A DNA stretch of 55,523 bases, counting the filler, from Candidatus Woesearchaeota archaeon (GTDB lineage Archaea; Nanobdellota; Nanobdellia; Woesearchaeales; JACPBO01), in NCBI GenBank assembly GCA_016180285.1. It is 5 parts of 5 records of this genome, joined end to end, with 100 filler letters (N's around TTAATTAATTAA, not from the genome) between each part and the next. Parts side by side here need not be neighbours in the genome. Positions count along the whole stretch, not along the records: positions 1 to 11,201 come from JACPBO010000030.1; 4 more parts are not named here. One strand, given 5' to 3'. Shown piece by piece: positions 1 to 9,166 of this stretch (its first letter is position 1; each line of letters begins with the position of its first letter). The notes under the pieces are model-generated. The model saw only the letters and a program-made list of their open reading frames with translations, was not told where the DNA came from and did not search any database. The translations under genes were made by a program, and so were the position numbers.

Positions 1-1278
1 TATAGGCCCGAAAGGCAGTGAAGTTCCGCTCTGCTGCAGGCCATAAGGCTTCCAGTTTGTTTCAGTTACAGCGTCAAAAATTGCGCAGGCTCCCTGCTGA
101 TAGAGCAATGGGACCCTGTTTGCATATCTCAGCAGTTTTGCGTTTTCCTCTTTTGGAAGATCCCCGCCATATGCAACAGCTGCTTCTATTATAAAAGGAT
201 TTCCCCGGTAAACAGCTGGCGGCCTGCTTGTTGCGCAGTAAAACTCCGCATTGATTTCTTTTTTTAATCCTTTTTCCAGTAATGCTTCCCCAATTGGGGT
301 TATGCAGTCAGTAGGGGGGGAAATTATCTTTGTCTGCTGTATTCCCTGCGATAGTTTTTCAGCCATTTCCCTGCTCATATCTTTCGGCCTTGTATTCGGC
401 AGCAATGCTGCATTCTGGCAGATCTCTTTTGCAGTTCCAGGTCCTACTCTTGAAAATTCTGCTGTTAAAAAGCTCTGCAAAGTCCTTGATTCTGTGGTTT
501 TGAGCATGCTGAGAAGCATTCCAAGCTCAACTCCGTAAGGATGGGGCTTGATTTCCTTTGGCTGCGGCGGCAGCTCATTGATTATTCTTGCAAAAATTAT
601 CTGCTCTGCTTTGGGGCTGGTGTAAATTATTGTAATGTGCGGATTGACAATTGCAACTTGCTTTAAGTACTCATCAACAGACTGGCTTCCTTTTTGGTAT
701 TCTGCTTCAAGGTCAAGCTCTATTTTTGTTCCATGCTCTTTTTTCCATTCAATGATTTCTTCTTTTACAATTTCCGGCCTGTTATGCTGCGTATCAATGT
801 GCAGCTCATAATAATGCGCAGGGTCTTTCGGAGAGATTTTTGAAACGATCTTCGCCGGCCTTCCTGTTGTCAATTGAGCATATAAAACTGCTGCGCTTAT
901 GCCTATTCCCTGCTGGCCGCGGCTCTGCTTCAGTGTGTGAAATTTTGATCCGTAAAGCAATTTTGCAAAAATAGGCGGTATTTGCTTCTTGACAATTCCC
1001 GGGCCGTTATCCTCTACAATGACGCGGAACCTTTCCTGGCCCATGTCGATAACATCGATTTTTACTTCCGGGAGAACTCTTGCCTCTTCGCATGCATCCA
1101 AGGAATTATCAACAGCTTCCTTTACAGCCATCAATAATGCTTTTCTTTTGTTGTCAAAACCAAGAAGATGCCTGTTCTTTGTAAAGAATTCCGCAACAGA
1201 GATCTCTTTCTGAGCTTTAGCGAGCTCAACTGCAATCGGCTCTTTGCTTTCTTCTATCACTTCTTTTTCTTTAGGCAT
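1..1278 (-). CDS. top6B: DNA topoisomerase VI subunit B (runs off the window start)
   Basis: Manual translation from ATG at 1278: [10 protein letters not shown]...[44 protein letters not shown], then EDNGPGI and [16 protein letters not shown] motifs. Absent from the ORF track because it has no stop inside the window. Confidence 0.97.
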   Translation of the reverse strand, partial: MPKEKEVIEESKEPIAVELAKAQKEISVAEFFTKNRHLLGFDNKRKALLMAVKEAVDNSLDACEEARVLPEVKIDVIDMGQERFRVIVEDNGPGIVKKQIPPIFAKLLYGSKFHTLKQSRGQQGIGISAAVLYAQLTTGRPAKIVSKISPKDPAHYYELHIDTQHNRPEIVKEEIIEWKKEHGTKIELDLEAEYQKGSQSVDEYLKQVAIVNPHITIIYTSPKAEQIIFARIINELPPQPKEIKPHPYGVELGMLLSMLKTTESRTLQSFLTAEFSRVGPGTAKEICQNAALLPNTRPKDMSREMAEKLSQGIQQTKIISPPTDCITPIGEALLEKGLKKEINAEFYCATSRPPAVYRGNPFIIEAAVAYGGDLPKEENAKLLRYANRVPLLYQQGACAIFDAVTETNWKPYGLQQSGTSLPFGPI

Positions 1279-1319
1279 TTTTTAAGTGGCATAATGGTTG
1301 TTTATATAGTTATTTATTT

Positions 1320-1493
1320 TTATGCTGGTTTATATTGTTTTCTGTCCATTAACTTTTTGTTAAGAACTGAATAAAATATGGTAAGCTGCAATGAATGTTT
1401 GAAGATTGGCTTTAGGATTAATTTTTCAGCCCATTTTGTGGGCAATGTAATAGTTAAAGCGCTTATACCCTGCTTTATTAGCTTTCGTTTCAT
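1320..1493 (-). pseudogene. 5' remnant of an AbrB-domain (PhoU-type) regulator
   Basis: Translates MKRKLIKQGISALTITLPTKWAEKLILKP, a typical AbrB/PhoU regulator N-terminus, then drifts into unrelated sequence and stops at 57 aa. Confidence 0.6.
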
Positions 1494-1503
1494 TTTGATA
1501 GCC

Positions 1504-1815
1504 TCACATTAATAAAAATTCCTGCATCGTATCAAATACTTTTTCTCGGATTTCATCTTCTGAAAAGGAGATATCAGGATATCCCTTGATTATGTTTTTG
1601 GCTCTACTTATGGCTTTATTCCTTATTTCTTCTTTTTCTTCAGCGGTCCAAGAATACAACTGGGATTTTTCAAATGCATCTGATGCGTAATCTTTAACTT
1701 CATCTCTAAGATGTTTAATAGACTCTGGTTTATTTGTGTGTTTTAATAATGCCTTATGCAAAGCAACATTGCCTATGCACTTAGACAGAGATTTTATAAC
1801 AGCAGTTTTTCCCAT
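1504..1815 (-). CDS. Hypothetical helical protein, 103 aa, overlapping the nucleotidyltransferase gene
   Basis: Clean ORF with a 22-bp overlap with the upstream gene. Confidence 0.75.
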   Translation of the reverse strand: MGKTAVIKSLSKCIGNVALHKALLKHTNKPESIKHLRDEVKDYASDAFEKSQLYSWTAEEKEEIRNKAISRAKNIIKGYPDISFSEDEIREKVFDTMQEFLLM

Positions 1816-2642
1816 TTTGCTTCCTTTAATTCGTTCAATGTACTTTTTAATAATCTATTTAAGTATAAATAAGCTATTTTTTTGTCCGTTACTAAACCAC
1901 GATTATTCTTAAGCTTATTTACCAGATTTTTACCCAGCTCATCTTCAATTATTTTATTGAGCAGCATGTTGTCCATAATTTTATTCATCATCAGTTTTAT
2001 TAACCATAAATTTCTTATTGCCTTGTATAATTCCAGACCAGATATTCCGCCCAAATCCTCTGGCTCTATTATGCTGTAATCTGTTTTCATTCTTAAATCT
2101 AATTTATAGATTTCTGTCTTGGCAGGCAATTTTAATAGCCCATAGATGGTTTTGCTGTTTTTTAATTGGTAAATCAACGTTATACTTGAGGAGTATGACT
2201 CATAAATAGCTTCTTCCGTGTATATCTCTAAATCCAGCTTTAAGCCCTGTTTTTTTGCCTTGTTTTTTATAGCGATTATCAGCTTATATTTTTCACCAAG
2301 CTTTTCCCAAAATTTCTTTTTAACAGCCACTAGTACATCTATGTCATTATAGCTTTCATAGTTGTTGTAGATCGCAGAGCCGTATATAGTTATAGATCCG
2401 ACCTCCTTGATATTTGATAATACCAGCCTTTTTATCCTTTTTTCAATAGCAGGGATTTTTTGGTTGTAGCCCAATAGGGATAGTAAGCCTTTGCTGTCTA
2501 TTAAGCTCATTTCCCTCAGCTTTGGCCTTATGTATTTGCTCAGGTAATTAGAGTCCTGCTGTGTCAGCTTCATTTTCTTTAGTTTTTTGTCTATTACTTC
2601 AAGTTCTCTCTTTGTTAGCAATAGGCTTGTTTCTTGTACCAT
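1794..2642 (-). CDS. Pol-beta-superfamily (MNT-like) nucleotidyltransferase domain protein
   Basis: YGSAIYNNYESYNDIDVLV gives the GS..DxD signature; extra N- and C-terminal helical regions. Confidence 0.8.
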   Translation of the reverse strand: MVQETSLLLTKRELEVIDKKLKKMKLTQQDSNYLSKYIRPKLREMSLIDSKGLLSLLGYNQKIPAIEKRIKRLVLSNIKEVGSITIYGSAIYNNYESYNDIDVLVAVKKKFWEKLGEKYKLIIAIKNKAKKQGLKLDLEIYTEEAIYESYSSSITLIYQLKNSKTIYGLLKLPAKTEIYKLDLRMKTDYSIIEPEDLGGISGLELYKAIRNLWLIKLMMNKIMDNMLLNKIIEDELGKNLVNKLKNNRGLVTDKKIAYLYLNRLLKSTLNELKEAKWEKLLL

Positions 2643-2745
2643 TTAATAACTATATATATTAAGTGATATATAAAGATTTCTATTTTATCAACATTTTAAC
2701 CCTGCTAAAATTAATATTTTCTAAATAATAGTAAGATTATTTATA

Positions 2746-2894
2746 TGTCGGAAATATACCATTAGTCTATGACTGATGGATAATATCCTGCTGCATATTT
2801 CGTTGTGTGGTATATTTCCGAGCATGCTCAAAAACCACCTGATGCTACAAATAGTAGCAACATGCCACCAGCCTATGGCTGGTGGTTTTTGACA
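2746..2894. repeat. Twin-hairpin palindromic intergenic element, copy A
   Basis: Arm 1 is TCGGAAATATACCA...TGGTATATTTCCGA, the central palindrome is GAGCATGCTC, and arm 2 is TCAAAAACCACC...GGTGGTTTTTGA. Ends are TGTC/GACA. The reverse complement of 2825-2894 aligns without gaps to 41923-41992. Confidence 0.85.
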
Positions 2895-2930
2895 AATAGT
2901 TTTTGAAGATTGAACAGCTTGTTGAACTAA

Positions 2931-3509
2931 CTATTTATTTTTAATGCTTTCCTTTAGCTCAATCTCCTCGCCAAACATCTCTTTTCTTTTCAGCTCTTTC
3001 CTCTGCTTTTCAAGCCATCTGTAAACAGTTGAATGCGGGCTTCCCTTAAGCAGGCTTTCAACAGCTCTTTTGGCAACAGAAACATGCTCTGCTTCGCCCA
3101 CTATGCTTATTGTCTTGCCGTAAACGCATACGCAGCTTCCGGTAAGGTCCTCTATGATGCGCCTTGATTTTCCGTTTTCACCGATAACCCTGCCTTTCAG
3201 CCTTATAAGATGATTTTTCTTGTCTTTCACGTAATCTTTAATGTCAATAAGCTCAAATACATAGTCTGCCTTTAAAAGATGCATTGCAATATCCGGGTTA
3301 AAGCCCCGGCCTATTGCCTTGACAACCTCCTGCGTGTTGAACATGCTTATTGCATCCTTTCCTTCTACCCTGACAATGCCTTCTCCGGAATCAATGTTCA
3401 ATTTTGTATTTGTATTTGCCTCTATTGCTTTCTTGACCTCGCCTTTTTTTCCTATTAAAACAGCGATTCTTTCTTTTGGTATTATGAGCTCGTACCTGAA
3501 TTCAGCCAT
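2931..3509 (-). CDS. KH-domain RNA-processing protein (Dim2/Pno1-like)
   Basis: IAVLIGKKG and KGRVIGENGKSR KH loops, AIGRGF motif; adjacent to rio1. Confidence 0.93.
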   Translation of the reverse strand: MAEFRYELIIPKERIAVLIGKKGEVKKAIEANTNTKLNIDSGEGIVRVEGKDAISMFNTQEVVKAIGRGFNPDIAMHLLKADYVFELIDIKDYVKDKKNHLIRLKGRVIGENGKSRRIIEDLTGSCVCVYGKTISIVGEAEHVSVAKRAVESLLKGSPHSTVYRWLEKQRKELKRKEMFGEEIELKESIKNK

Positions 3510-3514
3510 TTTGG

Positions 3515-4225
3515 TTATTTTCCCTTGATCCTTTTTAAAACCTTTTCTTCATCAGCCTTTAATCCGTATTTTCTAAAAAATGTACAAACGTTTTTAATGT
3601 CCCTTTTTAATAAGCTTTCTGCTTCTGTGTTGTCTGTGACTGTTCCCTGTGAAAAATCAATGAAAACAGGCTTTTCGTTTAAGTTGAGTATGTTGAATGC
3701 TGACAAGTCAGCATGCACCAGCCCTGCTTTGTACATTTTTTTTATGTTTTCAACAATGTCTTTGAAAAAAGAAGCCATATCCGGAGGCAAAGAATCTTTA
3801 AGCATTGGCGCAGCTTCTTTATTACCTATAAATTCCATCACAACAATATTGTCTGCGAATGTTAATGGCGTTGGAACTCTGGCTCCCGCTTCCCTTGCTT
3901 TCAGCAAATTCCTGTATTCCCTCTGCACCCATGAAAATATTACTTTTCTTCTCTGTTTTTTTAAAGACGGAAACCTTGGGTCTGACTGGATATAAAAATA
4001 CATCTTATTGAAGTTGCAGTTCTGCAGCCTGTAAATCTTGACAATAACCAGGCTGCCGTCCTTTTTTTCAGCTGAAAAGATGTTAGCTTCCTTTCCTATT
4101 GAGATCGGGCTTTTCAATCCTTCGAAATAGCCCTCGCTTATAAGCTTGAAAATAAGGCGCTCGCTATGCTGATCAAACACATTATTGTAAGTTTTGAACC
4201 ATTCATGAAAAACTGCTTTCGGCAT
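3515..4225 (-). CDS. rio1: RIO1-family Ser/Thr kinase
   Basis: ISIGKEANIF, VKIYR, HADLSAFNIL and FIDFSQ motifs. Confidence 0.95.
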   Translation of the reverse strand: MPKAVFHEWFKTYNNVFDQHSERLIFKLISEGYFEGLKSPISIGKEANIFSAEKKDGSLVIVKIYRLQNCNFNKMYFYIQSDPRFPSLKKQRRKVIFSWVQREYRNLLKAREAGARVPTPLTFADNIVVMEFIGNKEAAPMLKDSLPPDMASFFKDIVENIKKMYKAGLVHADLSAFNILNLNEKPVFIDFSQGTVTDNTEAESLLKRDIKNVCTFFRKYGLKADEEKVLKRIKGK

Positions 4226-4419
4226 GAAACAGGAGAAAAGGCAAGGATATAAAAATGTTTGGGAAATCAGAAACTTATAACATTCAGAAGATGCATGTTT
4301 AATAACAAAACGAATTACGGAACTATAGTCTCTAAGGGATTACTGCAGATATCACTCTAAGAAAGTTTTTTGGGTTTCAGAAATTTCTTACTATCCTTTA
4401 TTTGAAGAAGAAGTAGCTT

Positions 4420-5154
4420 TTAGATATTTTTATACATTTTTTTAAAGTCAGAATTCAAGGTAACAATTCTGTTTTCCAAATTAAGAGATCCAGTAACCGC
4501 TTGATAGAGTTCTTTTGTAGGGTATTCTCGCTCAGAAATAAATGCGGCAATTTCAGAAATCATTATCTTTTTAATAGTCTCTAAATCTATTTTTGGGACA
4601 TTTTGCTCGGCAATCAATAGTGAAACATAATCTTTGAAGGTTAATTCTCCTCTTATTAAAATAGAAGTTGGATGATATTCTTTTAATAAATTTAATTCCA
4701 ACAGGTCACATGCCGTCATTGAAGTAAAATCTAAAAGATTTTTACTCGGTAATGCAGTCCTTATATTTATTTCATCTTCTAAGGTTAATTCATTCTCTCT
4801 CCATTTTGTTAGAATTAGCATACCTGATTTTTTATCAATGGACGTCATATTTTTAGCACTATATGCTTTTATACATGATACAAATTCTTCATAAGCAAAT
4901 TCAGACCATAATTGCAAATATCTTTCACTAAAAACATAATCAAAAATATGTTTAATTTCTTTGCTAAGGTCAACCTCTTGTAATTCTCTTAGCTTTTTCT
5001 CATTTTCATGAATAATTCCCCCCATGTTTATAGAGCCATCTTCTTTTAGGTAAATCAGAAATCTTTTTTCATTTTCATCTTTTAAGCAAGTTTTAATTGC
5101 TTTAAATACTTCTGAGTCATTTAATACTATTTTTGATATTTCTCCGATGGTCAT
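4420..5154 (-). CDS. Hypothetical protein, 244 aa, last gene of the unknown operon
   Basis: Long ORF in AT-rich DNA, co-oriented with the cluster; no recognisable motif. Confidence 0.8.
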   Translation of the reverse strand: MTIGEISKIVLNDSEVFKAIKTCLKDENEKRFLIYLKEDGSINMGGIIHENEKKLRELQEVDLSKEIKHIFDYVFSERYLQLWSEFAYEEFVSCIKAYSAKNMTSIDKKSGMLILTKWRENELTLEDEINIRTALPSKNLLDFTSMTACDLLELNLLKEYHPTSILIRGELTFKDYVSLLIAEQNVPKIDLETIKKIMISEIAAFISEREYPTKELYQAVTGSLNLENRIVTLNSDFKKMYKNI

Positions 5155-5185
5155 TTTTGATGCACTAAACTAGATTTTTCATAAA

Positions 5186-5707
5186 TTATCGAGACCTTAT
5201 CTCGCCAATATATTTCTTGACTTTTTCATAAACTAAATCTGAAACTACATCTACACGGGAATTATTTATCTTTACAGTTTTTATATCTGTGCCTGTGTTT
5301 TTTGCCACATAAGCGAATATCTCGTGATCAATGCCAAATTCAGTCAGCACATCTTCTAAAGGCCTAAATCCCTTTGCATCCTGAGTTTCTTTTTCTGTAA
5401 GTTCTTTTATTGGCGGCTTTATTTCTAAAGGAGATTCTTTTTCATCTTTTTTTGCAGCCTTATTATGGCCGGTTAATCGTTTGGTTTCTTTTTCTAGCAC
5501 GTCATTTAGATAGCTTACTGTTTCAGCATCATGATAAATCGCAGCAAGAGTTAAAAATACCCGCGCATCTACTGCAATTATTTTTTCTCTTTCTCCATCC
5601 GGTATTGACCTATCGTTAGTTAAGTAGGTAATATACTCTTTGGCTAGTCTGCTAAAATCAGACTTCACTCTTCGGTAAATAAGTCCTCCTAATTTCATTT
5701 CTCTCAT
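5186..5707 (-). CDS. Hypothetical protein, ~173 aa, possible C-terminal HTH
   Basis: Start reassigned to ATG 5707 (MREMKLGG), directly after the upstream stop codon. C-terminal PLEDVLTEFGIDHEIFAYVAK is HTH-like. Confidence 0.75.
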   Translation of the reverse strand: MREMKLGGLIYRRVKSDFSRLAKEYITYLTNDRSIPDGEREKIIAVDARVFLTLAAIYHDAETVSYLNDVLEKETKRLTGHNKAAKKDEKESPLEIKPPIKELTEKETQDAKGFRPLEDVLTEFGIDHEIFAYVAKNTGTDIKTVKINNSRVDVVSDLVYEKVKKYIGEIRSR

Positions 5708-5708
5708 T

Positions 5709-8700
5709 TTATGACACCACATCATGATAAGTTTTTGGACTGTTGCTATCCCTATAGAATGGAGCATCTAGGGATATTACATTTTTGTCTTTTAATTGTT
5801 TCTTTTCAGACATATTCCAATACTTAGCCATATATTTTATGCCCTTGGCGAATGTAAATCTTTCATCAATTCTCCTTTTTCTGTGCAACATAAAAAGATC
5901 AAAATTTTTACAGTATTCCATGAAATGCTCTCCTGAAAAGCCTTTATAGTTTTTTGTTAATGACCCAAACAAAGTGGCGTAAATTTCTGCAAGTTTTGAT
6001 TGTGTTTTTTGCCTGATATTCTCGTCAAAGCTGTATAACAAATGCCCTGTTAGTTTCATAAATTCTTCTTCGCCAACTTCAGCAACATCATCCATGGATT
6101 TTATCTTTTTTAACTCAGCAAGCTTTTCTTTGTCTTTTTTGACAGAATCCCTTATGTTCTTTTTAATTTTTGTTTTGTCTTTGTTGCAATATAAACCAAA
6201 GATATACAATGTAGTTTTCATGTCAGCAGTTTTTAGTTCATGTCTTAATAGCATATAGGGGTCTTTTTTATTAATCTCCTCGTTGATACCGGGCAGGTCG
6301 CAACCAGACCTCATTCTTTCAAATCCAGCAGCAACAGTCTTTTCCAGTTCTTTATATGTAATATGTGATTTTGATCCAATTATGTATTTTCTTCTACTCC
6401 ACTCTGTTGAGAAACGTTCATCTTCACAGCCTAACAGGTCAGACAGCGTTCTGCCATCTGACAAAATCCAAGAACAATATTGAGGTTTTGTTGATAGTAT
6501 TCCGAGGTATTTATTCGCTTCTTTAGCTATTATAATTGTCCCTAATCTGCTCCCGTATTTCTTGAAAAATCTATTTTTGTCTTTTTTGAACTCTGAGCGC
6601 AGGTAGTTGAGCAAAGAATTAAGTTCTTCTAAATTAAAAGGTAACATTTTGGGATCCCACTTATCTCTAAATCTTGGATCATTTATGCCCAAAAATTCTG
6701 CTGCTTTTGTTTTGCCTTTTAATAGAGAAAATAAATCACGTAAGTTTGTATTTGGAAGGATTTTCTCTTTTCTGAGATCACAAGCCAGATTATATGATCC
6801 CGTTCTTGAGCCATATTTTTCAAAGAATGCATTGGTGTCTGCAAAATATCGCTCCCTTAGAAACTCCCTTATACGAACGGATTCCTTGTTGGTACATTTA
6901 AGAAGTCGTATATTCCATTCTGTTCTGAATCGTTCATCATCAACACCCAGAATTGACATGAGAAAATCACCATCTTTTAAGAATTCTGTCAGATGCATGG
7001 GATTTGGACTAATTTTCTTTTCCTTTTTCAATGCTTCTATCAAATAGCTTATTCCATCCAAACTGCTGAACGTTTCAAAGAACTTACTGGAATCTGCTTC
7101 ATATTTCTCTTTTAAAAAATCAACAAGCCGATCAATGTCCTTGATGGGAAGGTAGATGGACATATTATTCCATTTGCCTTGAAATTTAGATTCAGGAATA
7201 TCCATCAGCCTAGCAACAAGACTTGTGCTTCCTAAAATAGAATTTAACTGACTAGGCGAGATTTTTATATTTTGTTTTTCCATGTCCTTAAGAATCAGAT
7301 ATTGGCCTAATTTGTCTCCGTATCTAATAAAGAATCTTAAAGCATCATTATCATACTCCTGGCGTAAAAATGCAGCTATTCTTCCTGTCAATCCTTGTTT
7401 GGTCTGGATTGACCTTGGATTCCATTGCGTATAGAATCTTCCATCTTTTATTCCTAAAAACATTTCTAATGCTTCGGGGTCTTTTGCTATAGTTGCTAGT
7501 CTTATTGCACTCAATTTTACACCGCATTCTGACAACAAATCATTCTCCAGATTGTATAAACCAATTTCAGAGCCGTAGCGTGCAAAGAAAGCATTACCGT
7601 CTTCTTTGTATTTGTTAGCTAAAAAACCCACTACATTATCTGTTTGTTCTTCATTAAGGGTTAAGTTTCTTGGGTTCCAATGAGTAGTGAATCTTTCATC
7701 TTCTATGCTCAATAATCCTGATAGTTTGTTTCCTTTTGTCACTATATCACTGAGGCTTTGTTGCGGTTTTTTAGTAATTTTAGGATTTGCTCTTAAATCT
7801 TTCATTAAATTATAAAGGCCAATTTTTGATCCATATCTCACAAAAAAAGCATCTGAATCTTTCTCATAATTTTCTTTTAGGAATTGTAAAACTGCAGTTA
7901 CATGAGAATAAGAACCTGTGCTTATTCTGGTGGTGTTCCAGATTTTTTTAAATCGCTCATCCTGAATGCCTAATAATCTGGACAAGGTTGTTCCGTTCTT
8001 CATAATTTGAAAGACTGCATCCAGATTAATATCAGGAATAACTTGTTCTCCTGGCTTATTGCCTGTGCATAACTCTTTTGCAAGATTATAAATGCCAACA
8101 TTACAGCCATATTTATTAAAGAAATTATCAGGGTTTCTTTTATATTCATGTTCTATAAATTTAACAACGGCATCTAGCTCGCCTAAACTTCCTAAGATGG
8201 ATTCGAAGTTCCATCTCTTAGCAAACTGTTTATCTTCGATATCCAGTAATTGTTGCGCAACACTGGGATTTACAAGAAAGGCATTTAATCGCATAGGGGA
8301 TATATCCATGCCGCGGTTTTTTAACTCTTTGGATAAAATAAATGCTCCTAAACTAGAACCATATGCTTCATAGAATTTTTGTTCATCCTCTTTATAAACA
8401 GCATTTAGTGTGCCTTTTACAGCGTCAATTTCAGTGGGAGATAAATTCATAACCTTCGGGTTCCATTCTGTGCCGAATCTTCCATCTTTTATTCCTAAAA
8501 TCAGTGAAAGCATTTCACCATCGCCAATTAGTGTATAGATTTTTCTTAACTGGAAGTTATATTGTCTTTTATTTTTCATATCTTTAGCCAAGAAGTAAGT
8601 TCCAGCACCAGAGCCGTATCTTTTAAAGAAATTGTCTTTATCCTGATCAAATTTATTCCTCATGAATGCTAATGCAGATTCAATATTGTTTAATGTCATA

Positions 8701-9164
8701 TCAAAGTAATGAGGATCCCATTTTTTCTTGATTTTTGATTCAGGCATTTGTAAGAATGCAATCAAATTTTCTTTTTTGTGGATATGCTTATATGTAATTG
8801 GTATATTTAAGGAGATGTTGTTTTTTGCCAGTTCTTTTGCCGCCAAATATAATCCTTCAGGAGCAAAATAGTTATAGTTTCCTGATAATATGTCCTCTTT
8901 TAGTATATCTTGTAATGCAAAAAAAGGATAGTATTTCATACCAGAAAATGAATGATGCGGCGGTTTTACCCCAGCAATTTCTCCAACTATGTTTATTAAA
9001 GGCATGACCTTAGGTTTTGATTTCAACTTATTCTTGGATACCAATCTTTGTGCTATAAAATAGCCAAGAAAAGGATTTTTTTTAATGGCTGGTTGTTTGA
9101 TATTATTAAACTCTTCTCTAGCCAAATCTTCAAGTGTTTTTGATTCTGAATCTTTTCTTGACAT
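5709..9164 (-). CDS. 1151-aa tandem-repeat protein (~10 x 86 aa) with a sigma-like C-terminus
   Basis: Recurring FLxxxYxxDxxxFFxxYGSxxGxYxLxKDL...LLGIxDxRFxxxWNP; nine full periods between W149 and W922 plus one partial repeat. Confidence 0.92.
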   Translation of the reverse strand: MSRKDSESKTLEDLAREEFNNIKQPAIKKNPFLGYFIAQRLVSKNKLKSKPKVMPLINIVGEIAGVKPPHHSFSGMKYYPFFALQDILKEDILSGNYNYFAPEGLYLAAKELAKNNISLNIPITYKHIHKKENLIAFLQMPESKIKKKWDPHYFDMTLNNIESALAFMRNKFDQDKDNFFKRYGSGAGTYFLAKDMKNKRQYNFQLRKIYTLIGDGEMLSLILGIKDGRFGTEWNPKVMNLSPTEIDAVKGTLNAVYKEDEQKFYEAYGSSLGAFILSKELKNRGMDISPMRLNAFLVNPSVAQQLLDIEDKQFAKRWNFESILGSLGELDAVVKFIEHEYKRNPDNFFNKYGCNVGIYNLAKELCTGNKPGEQVIPDINLDAVFQIMKNGTTLSRLLGIQDERFKKIWNTTRISTGSYSHVTAVLQFLKENYEKDSDAFFVRYGSKIGLYNLMKDLRANPKITKKPQQSLSDIVTKGNKLSGLLSIEDERFTTHWNPRNLTLNEEQTDNVVGFLANKYKEDGNAFFARYGSEIGLYNLENDLLSECGVKLSAIRLATIAKDPEALEMFLGIKDGRFYTQWNPRSIQTKQGLTGRIAAFLRQEYDNDALRFFIRYGDKLGQYLILKDMEKQNIKISPSQLNSILGSTSLVARLMDIPESKFQGKWNNMSIYLPIKDIDRLVDFLKEKYEADSSKFFETFSSLDGISYLIEALKKEKKISPNPMHLTEFLKDGDFLMSILGVDDERFRTEWNIRLLKCTNKESVRIREFLRERYFADTNAFFEKYGSRTGSYNLACDLRKEKILPNTNLRDLFSLLKGKTKAAEFLGINDPRFRDKWDPKMLPFNLEELNSLLNYLRSEFKKDKNRFFKKYGSRLGTIIIAKEANKYLGILSTKPQYCSWILSDGRTLSDLLGCEDERFSTEWSRRKYIIGSKSHITYKELEKTVAAGFERMRSGCDLPGINEEINKKDPYMLLRHELKTADMKTTLYIFGLYCNKDKTKIKKNIRDSVKKDKEKLAELKKIKSMDDVAEVGEEEFMKLTGHLLYSFDENIRQKTQSKLAEIYATLFGSLTKNYKGFSGEHFMEYCKNFDLFMLHRKRRIDERFTFAKGIKYMAKYWNMSEKKQLKDKNVISLDAPFYRDSNSPKTYHDVVS
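6395..8870 (-). repeat. Protein-level tandem repeat array (~258-bp period, diverged at DNA level)
   Basis: Manual alignment of translated units anchored on the invariant Trp and the near-invariant YGS motif. Confidence 0.9.
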
Positions 9165-9166
9165 TT

